Positions 46,890-58,215 of a stretch of 64,000 nucleotides of DNA are shown piece after piece (position 1 is the stretch's first letter; every line of letters begins with the position of its first letter). Source of the DNA: an uncultured Candidatus Micrarchaeota archaeon (lineage in GTDB: Archaea > Micrarchaeota > Micrarchaeia > Burarchaeales > Fermentimicrarchaeaceae); assembly GCA_963760615.1 (NCBI GenBank), contig CAVXDX010000004.1, positions 1-64,000 of the forward strand, given 5' to 3'. The position numbers and the translations under genes were made by a program. The notes below the pieces were generated by a model. That model saw only the letters and a program-made list of their open reading frames with translations. It was not told where the DNA came from and ran no database searches.

Positions 46890-48173
46890 ATGAATTATAC
46901 AGGGTCTATGAAATACCTCAATAGCTTCGGGAGGTTTGAGAGCAAATTTGGCTTGGAAAGGACAGAGGAACTCCTTAGGCTTCTTGGCAACCCCCATTAT
47001 GATTTCAAATCGGTTCACATAGCAGGGACGAATGGGAAAGGTTCGGTAACTGCAATGATAAGCAGCATACTGCATGAGGCAGGCTTCCGGACAGGCATGT
47101 ACACCTCGCCTCATCTTGATGATTTTCGTGAGAGAATTGAAGTGAATGGAATCCCCATCTCTAAGGAGGCACTAACCTCCCTTGTTGAGAGAGTTAAGCC
47201 TTTCATACCTGCGGTTGAGAGGAAAGCCTCTCATCCTACATTTTTTGAGGTGACAACTGCCATTGCATTCAAGTATTTCTCACAGAGGAAGGTTGATTAC
47301 GCAGTTGTGGAGGTTGGCTTGGGCGGCAGGCTTGATGCAACGAATGTCATCCTGCCAGAAGTTTCAGTTATAACAAACATAGGACTGGAGCATACCGACA
47401 TTCTTGGGAAAACAATAGGCTCAATTGCAAAGGAGAAGGGAGGCATAATAAAACAAGGCATTCCTGTTGTGACTGCAGAAAGAAAAAGAGAGGCGTTGGA
47501 TGTTCTTGAGGGAATATGCAGAGAGAAGAGTTCGAAGCTCATTCCCCTGAAAAAAGATGCAAGCATCAAGAAACTGAAGTGCGATTTGAGCGGTTGCGTG
47601 TTCAATTTGAAAACGCAGGAGAGAAGCTATAGTAGATTGGAGGTGCCGCTGCTTGGGGAGCACCAGATAGAGAATGCCGCTCTTAGTGTGCTTGCTGCAG
47701 AGCAGCTGAGAATTGATGAGAGGCATATACGCTCAGGTTTGCAGAAAGTAAAATGGCCTGGAAGACTTGAAATATTGCAGAGAAAACCACTCCTTGTCAT
47801 GGATTCCGCGCACAACCCGCCTGCAATGAGAGTTCTGAGGAATTCCCTAAAGCTTTTCAATTATGACAAACTCATTCTGGTCATTGGGGTTATGAAAGAC
47901 AAGGCAATAGGTGACATGCTTGAAGAGATAGCTCCTGCTGCGGATTACATAATAATAAACAAGCCGAACCTAGAGAGGACAGCGCAGCCTGAAGTAATAA
48001 TGAAAGAGGCGAAGAAATACGGAAAACTAATCAAAATTGTTGAAGATGTTAAAGCTTCTGTTAAATATGCGAAGTCTATAGCTGGAAAGAGGGATATGGT
48101 GCTGGTAACAGGCTCAATTTATATGCTCTCAGAGGCTAGGGCAAAAAGAAGAAAGGAAAGACTGGCGCAGTGA
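46890..48173 (+). CDS. folC: Folylpolyglutamate synthase/dihydrofolate synthase
   Basis: 'HIAGTNGKGS', 'YTSPHL', 'FFE..TA.AF', 'EVGLGGRLDATN', 'WPGRLE' and 'DSAHNP'. Confidence 0.95.
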   Translation: MNYTGSMKYLNSFGRFESKFGLERTEELLRLLGNPHYDFKSVHIAGTNGKGSVTAMISSILHEAGFRTGMYTSPHLDDFRERIEVNGIPISKEALTSLVERVKPFIPAVERKASHPTFFEVTTAIAFKYFSQRKVDYAVVEVGLGGRLDATNVILPEVSVITNIGLEHTDILGKTIGSIAKEKGGIIKQGIPVVTAERKREALDVLEGICREKSSKLIPLKKDASIKKLKCDLSGCVFNLKTQERSYSRLEVPLLGEHQIENAALSVLAAEQLRIDERHIRSGLQKVKWPGRLEILQRKPLLVMDSAHNPPAMRVLRNSLKLFNYDKLILVIGVMKDKAIGDMLEEIAPAADYIIINKPNLERTAQPEVIMKEAKKYGKLIKIVEDVKASVKYAKSIAGKRDMVLVTGSIYMLSEARAKRRKERLAQ

Positions 48174-48209
48174 TGAAGATTTTTTAAGCTGTGTGAATAT
48201 AAGCTATCT

Positions 48210-48830
48210 ATGGGAAAGGTACGCATTGGCGTGCTTGCAAGCGGGAGAGGGAGCGACTTCCAGTCCATAATTGACGGAGTGAAGAGCGGGAAGGTCAATG
48301 CGGATATACGTCTGCTTATTTCTGACAGCCCAGACGCTCAGGCACTGCAGAGAGCCAGAGACAACGGCATACCTGCTTTCTGCATAGAGCGTGGCAAATA
48401 CCTCTACAGGGAGGAGCATGACAATGCAATAAGGAAGAAGCTTGAGGATTTCAACGTTGAGCTTGTTGTGCTCGCAGGTTACATGAGGCTAATAACCGAG
48501 AAGAAGTTCCTTGAGGATTACAAGGGAAGAATAATAAACATACACCCTGCCTTGCTGCCGTGCTTCCCAGGAACTCATGCGCAGAAGGATACCTTCAACT
48601 ATGGAGTGAAAGTATCTGGCTATACCATTCATTTTGTCGATGCCTCTCCAGACGGCGGGCCAATAATATATCAAGAGGCAGTAGACATAAGCAACTGCAA
48701 AACTGAGGATGAGGTTGCAGCAAAGATACTGGAGAGGGAGCATGTCGGTTTGCCTATGGTTATTGACTCTTTCTCAAAAGGCAGGTATATCATAGAGGGC
48801 AGGAGAGTCAGGTATGTGCCTAACCCATAG
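48210..48830 (+). CDS. purN: Phosphoribosylglycinamide formyltransferase (folate-dependent)
   Basis: 'LASGRGSDFQ', 'VLAGYMR', 'INIHPALLP.FPG' and 'G.TIHFVD...DGGPII.Q'. Confidence 0.96.
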   Translation: MGKVRIGVLASGRGSDFQSIIDGVKSGKVNADIRLLISDSPDAQALQRARDNGIPAFCIERGKYLYREEHDNAIRKKLEDFNVELVVLAGYMRLITEKKFLEDYKGRIINIHPALLPCFPGTHAQKDTFNYGVKVSGYTIHFVDASPDGGPIIYQEAVDISNCKTEDEVAAKILEREHVGLPMVIDSFSKGRYIIEGRRVRYVPNP

Positions 48831-48851
48831 ATGTTTTTAAGAACTGTTGTG

Positions 48852-49349
48852 CTAGTCCGCTTTGCTCCGCAGGTCTTTAAAATAACGGACTCCCTCCTTT
48901 TCAAAGTTTAGCTTTTCAAGCAATCCTTGCATTGCAGAATCTTCAGTATAGCAATAAACAGCGGCGAAACCTTTCAGCCTCCACTTATCAATAAGATTAG
49001 TTAAAATCGCAGTTCCTATACCCTTCCGTCCCAAACCCAGATGTTCCATTTCTTCAGCAGAAACATCTTTGAAAGGAAAACACCCATCAACCTGTACAAT
49101 GCGGTTTCCATCGCTCAACTTTAGGCGCTCTTTCAACAGTGCGTACGTCTCCCTCGCTCCCTGCCTTAAATCCTTAACATTTTCCCGTGCAAAGGATACG
49201 GAGCCCAGCACCCTTCCATCAGAGCCAGCCGGTTTAAGGATGATGTGATACATATCATAAGGAGTCTCCCTAAGCTGCAAAGTCCCCAATTGCGTTTCCA
49301 TGATGCTTTCTACTTTGTCAGTTTTTTTTGCAAAAATCTGCATATTCAA
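48852..49349 (-). CDS. GNAT-like hypothetical protein
   Basis: 'LGRKGIGTAIL' matches the acetyl-CoA-binding R/Q-x-x-G-x-G pattern. 'LLEKLNF' resembles motif B. Confidence 0.55.
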   Translation of the reverse strand: MNMQIFAKKTDKVESIMETQLGTLQLRETPYDMYHIILKPAGSDGRVLGSVSFARENVKDLRQGARETYALLKERLKLSDGNRIVQVDGCFPFKDVSAEEMEHLGLGRKGIGTAILTNLIDKWRLKGFAAVYCYTEDSAMQGLLEKLNFEKEGVRYFKDLRSKAD

Positions 49350-49405
49350 AATATGCTTTCCTCTATTTAAATATAGGGAAGACTACTGCTTCCAGAATTC
49401 GCAGT

Positions 49406-50098
49406 CTAGGCTTCTTTCTGGTTTACTGACAGTACATATCTGCGGTCTATCCTCAAAGCCCCCAAATCAACCCTGCTTGAAATGCTGCTCAGTATTGTGT
49501 TCACTGCAATGTAGGAAATGCTTATCCCAATTGCAAATGACAGCCTCTCAAATGCAGTTACTGGCAGAAGCGTCGTCCATACTTCCGCGGGTATGCTGAA
49601 TGCATAGAGGAAGGCAACAGCACCTATTGCATGCGCGGTGAATGTCGCACCAAGGCTTCTCAGAAATAAGTTGTCCTTCCAGAGGGCTGCTGCAACCGGT
49701 ATCAGCCAGAATAATGAGTAGTACCATGCCTGCCTGCCAAGGGGGTTGAGCACAAACAGCCCCATGCATACAAGTGGAACAATGACTCTGCTCTTGCTCC
49801 GTGAGCCAAAGTAGAATGCTGCAAACATCATTGGAGTGAACCTCACCAGCGTTATCGGGTCAAGAGCATTTCCGGAGATGAGGAAATTCAATATTTCTAC
49901 GAACAAAACTGAAACAACTCCCAGAGTTGTGCTGAACAGGCCAGCTCCTATGGGACCTATGAACTGGAAGAAATTGAAGTTCTGCGATGGAACTCCGAGT
50001 ATGGTTGAAAACTTAAGCTGGTATGCAGCCAACGAAATTATTGTGAACAACGCAAGAAAAGCAAGTTTTCTCATCTCCATAAGAAACACCTCCAGCAC
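49406..50098 (-). CDS. Membrane protein resembling an ECF transporter S component
   Basis: About six TM helices, 'FQFIGPIGAG' and 'RSLGATFTAHAIG'. Confidence 0.5.
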   Translation of the reverse strand: MLEVFLMEMRKLAFLALFTIISLAAYQLKFSTILGVPSQNFNFFQFIGPIGAGLFSTTLGVVSVLFVEILNFLISGNALDPITLVRFTPMMFAAFYFGSRSKSRVIVPLVCMGLFVLNPLGRQAWYYSLFWLIPVAAALWKDNLFLRSLGATFTAHAIGAVAFLYAFSIPAEVWTTLLPVTAFERLSFAIGISISYIAVNTILSSISSRVDLGALRIDRRYVLSVNQKEA

Positions 50099-50127
50099 CT
50101 AATCTTATACACGAAAAATATAAATAC

Positions 50128-50967
50128 TCATACTTTTTTCGAAGCAACTTCCTCGTACATCCTTTTCATCTTCAACGCATCAATATCAAGCAAAGGGCTC
50201 TCGGAAATTATTGTCCCCTCAAACCCATTCTCAACAATCACTTGAGCCAGTGGTTTGAATGGTGGTGAGTACGCCTCACCCAAAATCATGTGATGCTTCT
50301 CCCCTTTGTCCCCCCACGCAACCTCGCTGAAATGTGAGTGGAAGTCCTTCACAGCGTCTTTTCCGAGTCTGTTCTCAATTTCCGTGAAAATTTTTAGGTA
50401 ATCCTCCTTCTTCTTCAATATGCCTCCATACCTTGCATGTATATGGGCGAAATCCACAACAGGTTTTGTCATCTCCAGTGAAGCAGAAAGCTCAATGTTC
50501 TCAGAAAGAGTGCCGAACTGGGTTCCCTTTCCAGTAGTCTCCAAGCCCAGCCAGACATTGCTTATCCTTTCCTGCTTCATTTTTGCCAGTGCTTCCTCAA
50601 GAGTTTTTTTCACAAGCTTCATTGTCTCCTCAGGGCTCCTCCCCATGTAGAAGCCCGGGTGGAACACTATGACTCCAGCACCGAGAACTTTTGCAATTCT
50701 TACAGTGTCAAGTATGTTCCTCAAAGTTGCATCAATTTTCATTTTCTCCTGTGCGGCGCAGTTTATCCAGTATGGCGCATGGGCACTCAGTGAAACTTTA
50801 TACCTCTCGGCATTTTTCCTAACCTCCAGAGCCATATCATTCCTCATCTTCACTCCTCTCACAAACTCGCACTCAAAAGCATTCAGCCCCTCCTTTGCAG
50901 TATAGCCAATAGCCTCGGCAGTATTGCCCTCAAACTCCATTGGTATGCCCGCAGGCCCCCAGCGCAT
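50128..50967 (-). CDS. nfo: Endonuclease IV (AP endonuclease, TIM barrel)
   Basis: 'SAHAPYWIN', 'VFHPG', 'LETTGK..QFG', 'VDFAH' and 'HSHFS'. Confidence 0.88.
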   Translation of the reverse strand: MRWGPAGIPMEFEGNTAEAIGYTAKEGLNAFECEFVRGVKMRNDMALEVRKNAERYKVSLSAHAPYWINCAAQEKMKIDATLRNILDTVRIAKVLGAGVIVFHPGFYMGRSPEETMKLVKKTLEEALAKMKQERISNVWLGLETTGKGTQFGTLSENIELSASLEMTKPVVDFAHIHARYGGILKKKEDYLKIFTEIENRLGKDAVKDFHSHFSEVAWGDKGEKHHMILGEAYSPPFKPLAQVIVENGFEGTIISESPLLDIDALKMKRMYEEVASKKV

Positions 50968-50975
50968 TCAATCCC

Positions 50976-51554
50976 TCAGAAGACAAAGAATACAAGGATT
51001 ACAAGTATAAGCATGAATGCAGCCCATACAGGGAAATTCCAGGCAATCACCTTGCTGCCATCCAAAGGTGGTATCGGAATCATGTTGAAGAAGGCCAGGT
51101 AGAGGTTCGTGTATGTCCCAAAAGCTATAAACGCTTCTGCCAATGACATTGCTCTCGGGCTCTCCCCAAACCCCACCCCTATAGCCAATGCAACGAAGAG
51201 GAAAAGCATTGCTAGGAAGCAGTTCATAAGTGCACCTGAAATTGATATAATACCGTTCTCTCTCCTCGTGAGGTAATTGGAGTATATGTACACAGCACCA
51301 GGTGCTGCAAAAAGAAACTGCCCCCCGCTTATAGCTGCCATGACAAACATGAGCAGAAGCCCCTCCGGCCATGCCTTGAAGAAAGCCTTTGCGCCGTAAT
51401 GGTTTGCAACGAACCTGTGTGCCAGCTCGTGTGCAACAAACCCCACCCCAACTGTGAGCAGTATTATGGGGAAGTAACCCAGCCTACCTATTGAGAATGC
51501 AACCGCAAGAGCGATGACAGAAACAACAATGTCGAAAAGCTCGTTGGACTGCAC
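50976..51554 (-). CDS. Site-2 protease (M50 family)
   Basis: 'HELAH' (HExxH), 'AAPGAV' and 'FNMIPIPPLDG' (NPDG). Confidence 0.9.
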   Translation of the reverse strand: MQSNELFDIVVSVIALAVAFSIGRLGYFPIILLTVGVGFVAHELAHRFVANHYGAKAFFKAWPEGLLLMFVMAAISGGQFLFAAPGAVYIYSNYLTRRENGIISISGALMNCFLAMLFLFVALAIGVGFGESPRAMSLAEAFIAFGTYTNLYLAFFNMIPIPPLDGSKVIAWNFPVWAAFMLILVILVFFVF

Positions 51555-51947
51555 TTACATCACCCTTATCTCCTTCTCAAGAATTTTGACTTTTGCAGGT
51601 GTGAACATGCCTGCGTAGGAAACAACGACGCACTCCTCCTCGCTTCCATTCCTGAATCTCACCCGTATTCTCCCTCCTATCCTTGCACTGCTGTTGGCAA
51701 TTGCGTTAGAGCGTGCGGAGAACATGCTGAACGGAAGCTCCTTCTCCGAGAGCACCACGGTTATCTGGTCTCCTTTCTTAACCCCTCTCATTGTCGGGTA
51801 TGTAAAAGGCATGAGCATTGCTAGGCCAATGTCAAGAGCGAGCAGCTTCAGCAGGAAATCTATGCCTGTTGGTGTCACTGCGTAGATTATCAGTGCAGCT
51901 GCCGTGAAGAGCGCAACTGATTTGAAGAATATCCTCACATCTAGCAT
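51555..51947 (-). CDS. Membrane protein with C-terminal OB-like (NfeD-like) domain
   Basis: Two TM helices followed by a beta-rich segment 'KKGDQITV...G.RIRVR'. Co-oriented and adjacent to cdc48 and the S2P gene. Confidence 0.5.
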   Translation of the reverse strand: MLDVRIFFKSVALFTAAALIIYAVTPTGIDFLLKLLALDIGLAMLMPFTYPTMRGVKKGDQITVVLSEKELPFSMFSARSNAIANSSARIGGRIRVRFRNGSEEECVVVSYAGMFTPAKVKILEKEIRVM

Positions 51948-51951
51948 TCAA

Positions 51952-54102
<2,151 letters not shown>

Positions 54103-54107
54103 TCAAA

Positions 54108-54887
54108 TCACCCTTCCACCAGCTCCCCCTTTCCTGGCGGGAGAGCCCTAGTTATATCCTCCTCACTTATTCCCTTATCATTACTGAGTTTCTCTGATAA
54201 GAGTTGAAACAGCTTCTTGGAAAGGTCGCCTTTTCCAACTCCACCAGGTTTTATCTCGAAATACGATATGAAGCGCCCCTTCCCGCATCTCGCGGGTATG
54301 CACTCAATACCGCTCTCGGTCACTCCAATATACATTTTTAGCTCGATGTTTTTAAACCACTTTCGGTCCCCCTTTATCACAAATCCTCCTTTGGGAACAT
54401 ACTCCCCGTGGGAATGCTTGCCCACCTGCTCCTTCCTTGCCGCATACACATCCACTGCGCCCATCCCCTCCTTCCAGGCGCTGGAGTAGCTTGCTGCGAA
54501 CTGCGCAGCCTCCTCCAGTGTCTTCTCAGGTGCGCATGAGCCGTTCTTCACAACAACAAAAGGAGCTCCATGTATGTCTGCGTGCATGAACATATCTGCA
54601 TCCTCAAAGTATTTTGAGTAGAGGAGCTCATTCTGCTCAGCATCCCTCCCTCCAATCACAAGGAACCCATCGCTGCTGATGAACCAGTGGAACTTCTCAT
54701 ACCACTGCGCCTTCCTCCTCATCTTCGGCTTCTTCTCGACGGCAGGTTCAAACCTATCCAGCTCTTTTTTTGTTTCTTCAATTGCCTTTTCACTTCCCTC
54801 AACCTTCCCCTTCATCCTCTTCCCTTCCTCATAGTATCTGGCGGCATTCTCCTGCACGCTGCTGTTCAAATCCAGCCTAACTTTCAC
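54108..54887 (-). CDS. Truncated NFACT/RqcH (NEMF/Rqc2-family) protein: coiled coil plus NFACT-R
   Basis: 'SVQENAARYYE..K', 'WYEKFHWFISSDGFLVIGGRDAEQNE', 'HADIHGAP' and 'AASYSSAW'. Confidence 0.85.
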   Translation of the reverse strand: MKVRLDLNSSVQENAARYYEEGKRMKGKVEGSEKAIEETKKELDRFEPAVEKKPKMRRKAQWYEKFHWFISSDGFLVIGGRDAEQNELLYSKYFEDADMFMHADIHGAPFVVVKNGSCAPEKTLEEAAQFAASYSSAWKEGMGAVDVYAARKEQVGKHSHGEYVPKGGFVIKGDRKWFKNIELKMYIGVTESGIECIPARCGKGRFISYFEIKPGGVGKGDLSKKLFQLLSEKLSNDKGISEEDITRALPPGKGELVEG

Positions 54888-55267
54888 AGCATCCTCCTCG
54901 CATCCCGAATCATTTTTGCGTGGTCGAACCCGATTTCCGGGAGTTCATCCAGCCCGAACCACTTCACACTCTCCACCTCAACATCACCCTTCCCTTTTTT
55001 TGAGAGAGGCTTTGCAATAAATGCAACTGTGATGGTGCCTCTTGGGTCCCTCTTTGGGTCGGAGTAGACCCCGACAAATTTCACAAGCTTCACCTTTACC
55101 CCAGTCTCCTCAAGCGCCTCCCTCCTGCAGGCTTCCTCTACAGTCTCCCCCTCCTCAACAAACCCTCCGGGAACCGCCCAGAATCCCTTGTAGGGCTCAA
55201 ATTTTCTTTTGACCAGGAGAACTTTCCCCTTTTGGATTATCAGTGCGTCCACTGTTGTTGGCCTCAT
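54884..55267 (-). CDS. Nudix hydrolase (ADP-ribose pyrophosphatase-like)
   Basis: 'WAVPGGFVEEGETVEEACRREALEETG', 'YSDPKRDPRG' and 'FDHA'. Confidence 0.92.
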   Translation of the reverse strand: MRPTTVDALIIQKGKVLLVKRKFEPYKGFWAVPGGFVEEGETVEEACRREALEETGVKVKLVKFVGVYSDPKRDPRGTITVAFIAKPLSKKGKGDVEVESVKWFGLDELPEIGFDHAKMIRDARRML

Positions 55268-57287
55268 TTTTACCCCATCCCTCCTTGCTCTTGCATTTCG
55301 GGTCTATGCACATCTGGAATACCTTCTTCCCGCTTCTCACAAATATCATCGGCAGCCCGCATACCTTGCAGGATTTCTTCAGCGGCTTTATGCTCCCGAA
55401 CTGCGGTATGGGGTAGCCCTGGGAGCATTTCGGGTAGTTGGAGCATCCCACAAACCTCTTTCTGGTTGCCTTTGAGACAATTATCTTCAAATTCCCGCCG
55501 CATTTTGGGCACTTCCCAATGAAGTTCTGCTCAAAAGTCGTTTTCTTCAAAGCATCCGCAAGCTCCCTGCCAATTTCCTTCTCCTTCTTCTTGAAATCTA
55601 TCAGAATCTCTGAGAGCGCAGCTTTCCCGCTTTCAATCACTTTACTCTCCTCTATTTTTCCCTCCTGTATCCACTCCATCTCTGTTTCCAGCTTCCTTGT
55701 CATCTCCTCATCCAGAATCTCAGGGGAGTGATGCTCCAGCGCCTCACACACGGCAAGCCCGAATTCAGTGACTCTTATACTCCTGTCCGCAATGTAACCC
55801 CTCTTGTACAACGTGTCAAGGATTGATGAGCGTGTTCCCTTCGTCCCCAACTCCTTCTCCTCAAGCGTTTGGACAATGGAGGCGGGCGTGTATCTCGCGG
55901 GAGGCTTTGTCTTGTCCTTTCTCATCTCCAGCTTGTCAACCTCGACATGCTCCTTCTCCTTGAAACCTGAAAGGTCCACCTCCTCGAATCTCACATAGGG
56001 TTTGTAGAAGTTTATCCAGCCTTCCTTGACCACCCTTGCCCCTTCCGCAGTATACCTCTGATCTCCAAGAAGAAGCTCAACATGCATCTTCTCCCTCACT
56101 GCATTCTCAGCAAAGCAGGAGAGGAATCTCTTTGCAATCAAATCATAAACTTTCAGCTCTGCTTCACTTGTGCCTTTCTTTGGCATGGCGCCTGTTGCAA
56201 ATATTGCCGGGTGCGCCGAGTCGCTCCTGCTTCCCTCCCTTGGGTAGAACCTATTCTTGGCAATAAGCTCCTTAGCGAATTTCTCGTAGTTCGGGTTCTT
56301 TGAGAGTATGTTGATTATCCTCGGCAAATTGAGCTTTGCAGGCAGCTTCTGGGATGCAGTGCGCGGGTAGGATATCAAACCCGCCTCATATAGAGCCTGT
56401 GCAATATCCTGAGTCTGCGAGGGCGATAAGCCAAACCATCTATATGCTTCAATTTGCAATGAGGTCAAATCGAAAGGAGGGTTGGGGGGATGCTCAAAAA
56501 TTTTCCTCTCCACCTTGTCAACAATCCCACTTCTTTCTGTTCTCTTCTTCGCTTCCTCCGCCTCCTTCTTCTCAAGGAATCTGCCTTTCTCATGGGTGAA
56601 CTTCACTCCCCTACAGTGCGCGAACAGCTGCCAGAATGGAACAGGTATAAAGGCAGCTATCTCCCTCTCCCTCGTGCTGAGTATCTTCAGGGTCGGACCC
56701 TGCACCCTACCTATGCTCATCACCCTATACTCACCGCTCTGCCTTACTGCACTCATCAACCCTCTCGACAGGTTTATGCCCCACATCCAGTCCAGTATGC
56801 TGCGCGCCTCCCCTGCATAGGCATTGTTATAATCCAGCTCCTCCCTCTTGTCGTATGCCTCGGCAAGCTCCTCCTCAGTGAGCGTTGAGAACCTCATCCT
56901 TTTGCCGGAAGTCTTGCCGCATGCAAACCTTATGATGTTGAAGCCAATTATACTGCCCTCTGTATCAAAATCGCATGAGTTCACGTACTCCTGAGTTCTC
57001 CCGGCAAGGAATTTTATAACATCGAGATATTTTTTCGTGTAATACGCGCCTTTCTCAACCTGGTATAAAGGAACCCACTCAACATCAAAGACTGGGTAAC
57101 CACCCCCGTTTTTCTCTCTCAGGCTGTAGATATGCCCAACAGCCGGAGCTACATACACCTGCTCCCCCTTCCTGTTAACTTCATAGTAAGCAACTCCGTT
57201 GAATGCCTTCCTCCTTGCATTGCTATCCAATGCCATTGCAACTCTCTGTGCAACGCGTGGTTTCTCGCATATAACAAGCACTGCCAT
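55197..57287 (-). CDS. topA: DNA topoisomerase I (type IA) with C-terminal Zn ribbons
   Basis: TOPRIM 'ICEKP', 'GHIY', 'CDFDTEG', 'SIGRVQGPTL', active-site 'LISYPRT' and C4 zinc fingers. Confidence 0.96.
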   Translation of the reverse strand: MAVLVICEKPRVAQRVAMALDSNARRKAFNGVAYYEVNRKGEQVYVAPAVGHIYSLREKNGGGYPVFDVEWVPLYQVEKGAYYTKKYLDVIKFLAGRTQEYVNSCDFDTEGSIIGFNIIRFACGKTSGKRMRFSTLTEEELAEAYDKREELDYNNAYAGEARSILDWMWGINLSRGLMSAVRQSGEYRVMSIGRVQGPTLKILSTREREIAAFIPVPFWQLFAHCRGVKFTHEKGRFLEKKEAEEAKKRTERSGIVDKVERKIFEHPPNPPFDLTSLQIEAYRWFGLSPSQTQDIAQALYEAGLISYPRTASQKLPAKLNLPRIINILSKNPNYEKFAKELIAKNRFYPREGSRSDSAHPAIFATGAMPKKGTSEAELKVYDLIAKRFLSCFAENAVREKMHVELLLGDQRYTAEGARVVKEGWINFYKPYVRFEEVDLSGFKEKEHVEVDKLEMRKDKTKPPARYTPASIVQTLEEKELGTKGTRSSILDTLYKRGYIADRSIRVTEFGLAVCEALEHHSPEILDEEMTRKLETEMEWIQEGKIEESKVIESGKAALSEILIDFKKKEKEIGRELADALKKTTFEQNFIGKCPKCGGNLKIIVSKATRKRFVGCSNYPKCSQGYPIPQFGSIKPLKKSCKVCGLPMIFVRSGKKVFQMCIDPKCKSKEGWGKNEANNSGRTDNPKGESSPGQKKI

Positions 57288-57296
57288 CCCAGCACC

Positions 57297-58178
57297 TCAA
57301 ACCTTATCAGTCTGCTCCCACATCTTTCTGAACTCTTCAATATACCTGTCAACAACCTTTAATTCATAGGTTCTCATCCCGAACTCAATGTTCCTCTCCA
57401 GGCTCGTTTTTGTTAAATTTGCTGAAGTGAACAGCACCTCAACATCGTCAACAATGAGGAACTTTGCATGCACTACGGAGTTCAAGCATATGGGTATGCC
57501 TGCCTTCTGCAGCCGTTCAACCATGGCTCCGTGGGATGCATCACCCTCAAGCGCAGGCCTGCAGACTATTCGTAGGTCAAGATTCTTCTTCTTAAGCGCC
57601 TCCAACCTTTCAAGTATAACGTCAACCCCCCATATCCACGGGGAGACAAGAGAAACGCCCACCTCCGCGAACTCCAGCATATCCATTATGTTCTTCTTTA
57701 TCTTCTCAGGCTCTAGGATTTCGCTCCTGCTCCTCCCAGAGGAATAGCATTCAGAAAGCCTCAAGACTCTCTTGTATCCTCCTTCAATAACTCTATCAAT
57801 TTTTTCAAGCGTCTGTTCTCTGTATCTGTCTCTTGCTTTGATGAAGGACTCGTATAATATTCTCTCATCAAGGCTCAGCCTGTCAAAGTTAAGGGAGTTG
57901 AGCCTCACAGCCTCAAGGTTCTTCTCATCCCTGAGCTTGTACACTTCATTGATTTTCTTCAAATCAGGCTCGGACTTCTCCTCAAGCATGTCTCTGACAT
58001 TGTTTGGCTCAATACTGGCTCCCTTTAGAAGTAACTTCTCAGCATCCTCAAGAACCTCACGAACTTCTTCCCTCAGATGTTCCTCCATCTCGCCGTAGAA
58101 GCTGTTGCTCATCTTCTCCAGATTCTTCGTTTCCTTCTCTCCGCTCCACAGTTTGAAAAGCTTCTCTTTTGCGTCCAT
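57297..58178 (-). CDS. GINS-A-domain-like N-terminus fused to a PLD (HKD) nuclease-like domain
   Basis: N-terminal 'LFKLWSGEK...LEKM..SFY', 'VYKLR.EK' and 'LSLDERILYE'. C-terminal 'SPWI', 'HAKFLIVDD', 'TSANLT' and 'NIEFG'. Confidence 0.65.
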   Translation of the reverse strand: MDAKEKLFKLWSGEKETKNLEKMSNSFYGEMEEHLREEVREVLEDAEKLLLKGASIEPNNVRDMLEEKSEPDLKKINEVYKLRDEKNLEAVRLNSLNFDRLSLDERILYESFIKARDRYREQTLEKIDRVIEGGYKRVLRLSECYSSGRSRSEILEPEKIKKNIMDMLEFAEVGVSLVSPWIWGVDVILERLEALKKKNLDLRIVCRPALEGDASHGAMVERLQKAGIPICLNSVVHAKFLIVDDVEVLFTSANLTKTSLERNIEFGMRTYELKVVDRYIEEFRKMWEQTDKV

Positions 58179-58215
58179 TGATAACTATTAAAAAGGTTTA
58201 CCAATAAAAAATAGT

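Noticed and set aside
55197-55267. 71-nt overlap of topA with the Nudix gene as a recoding signal
   Set aside because: TopA is complete with its zinc fingers before the overlap. The extra tail is best explained by a late stop codon.
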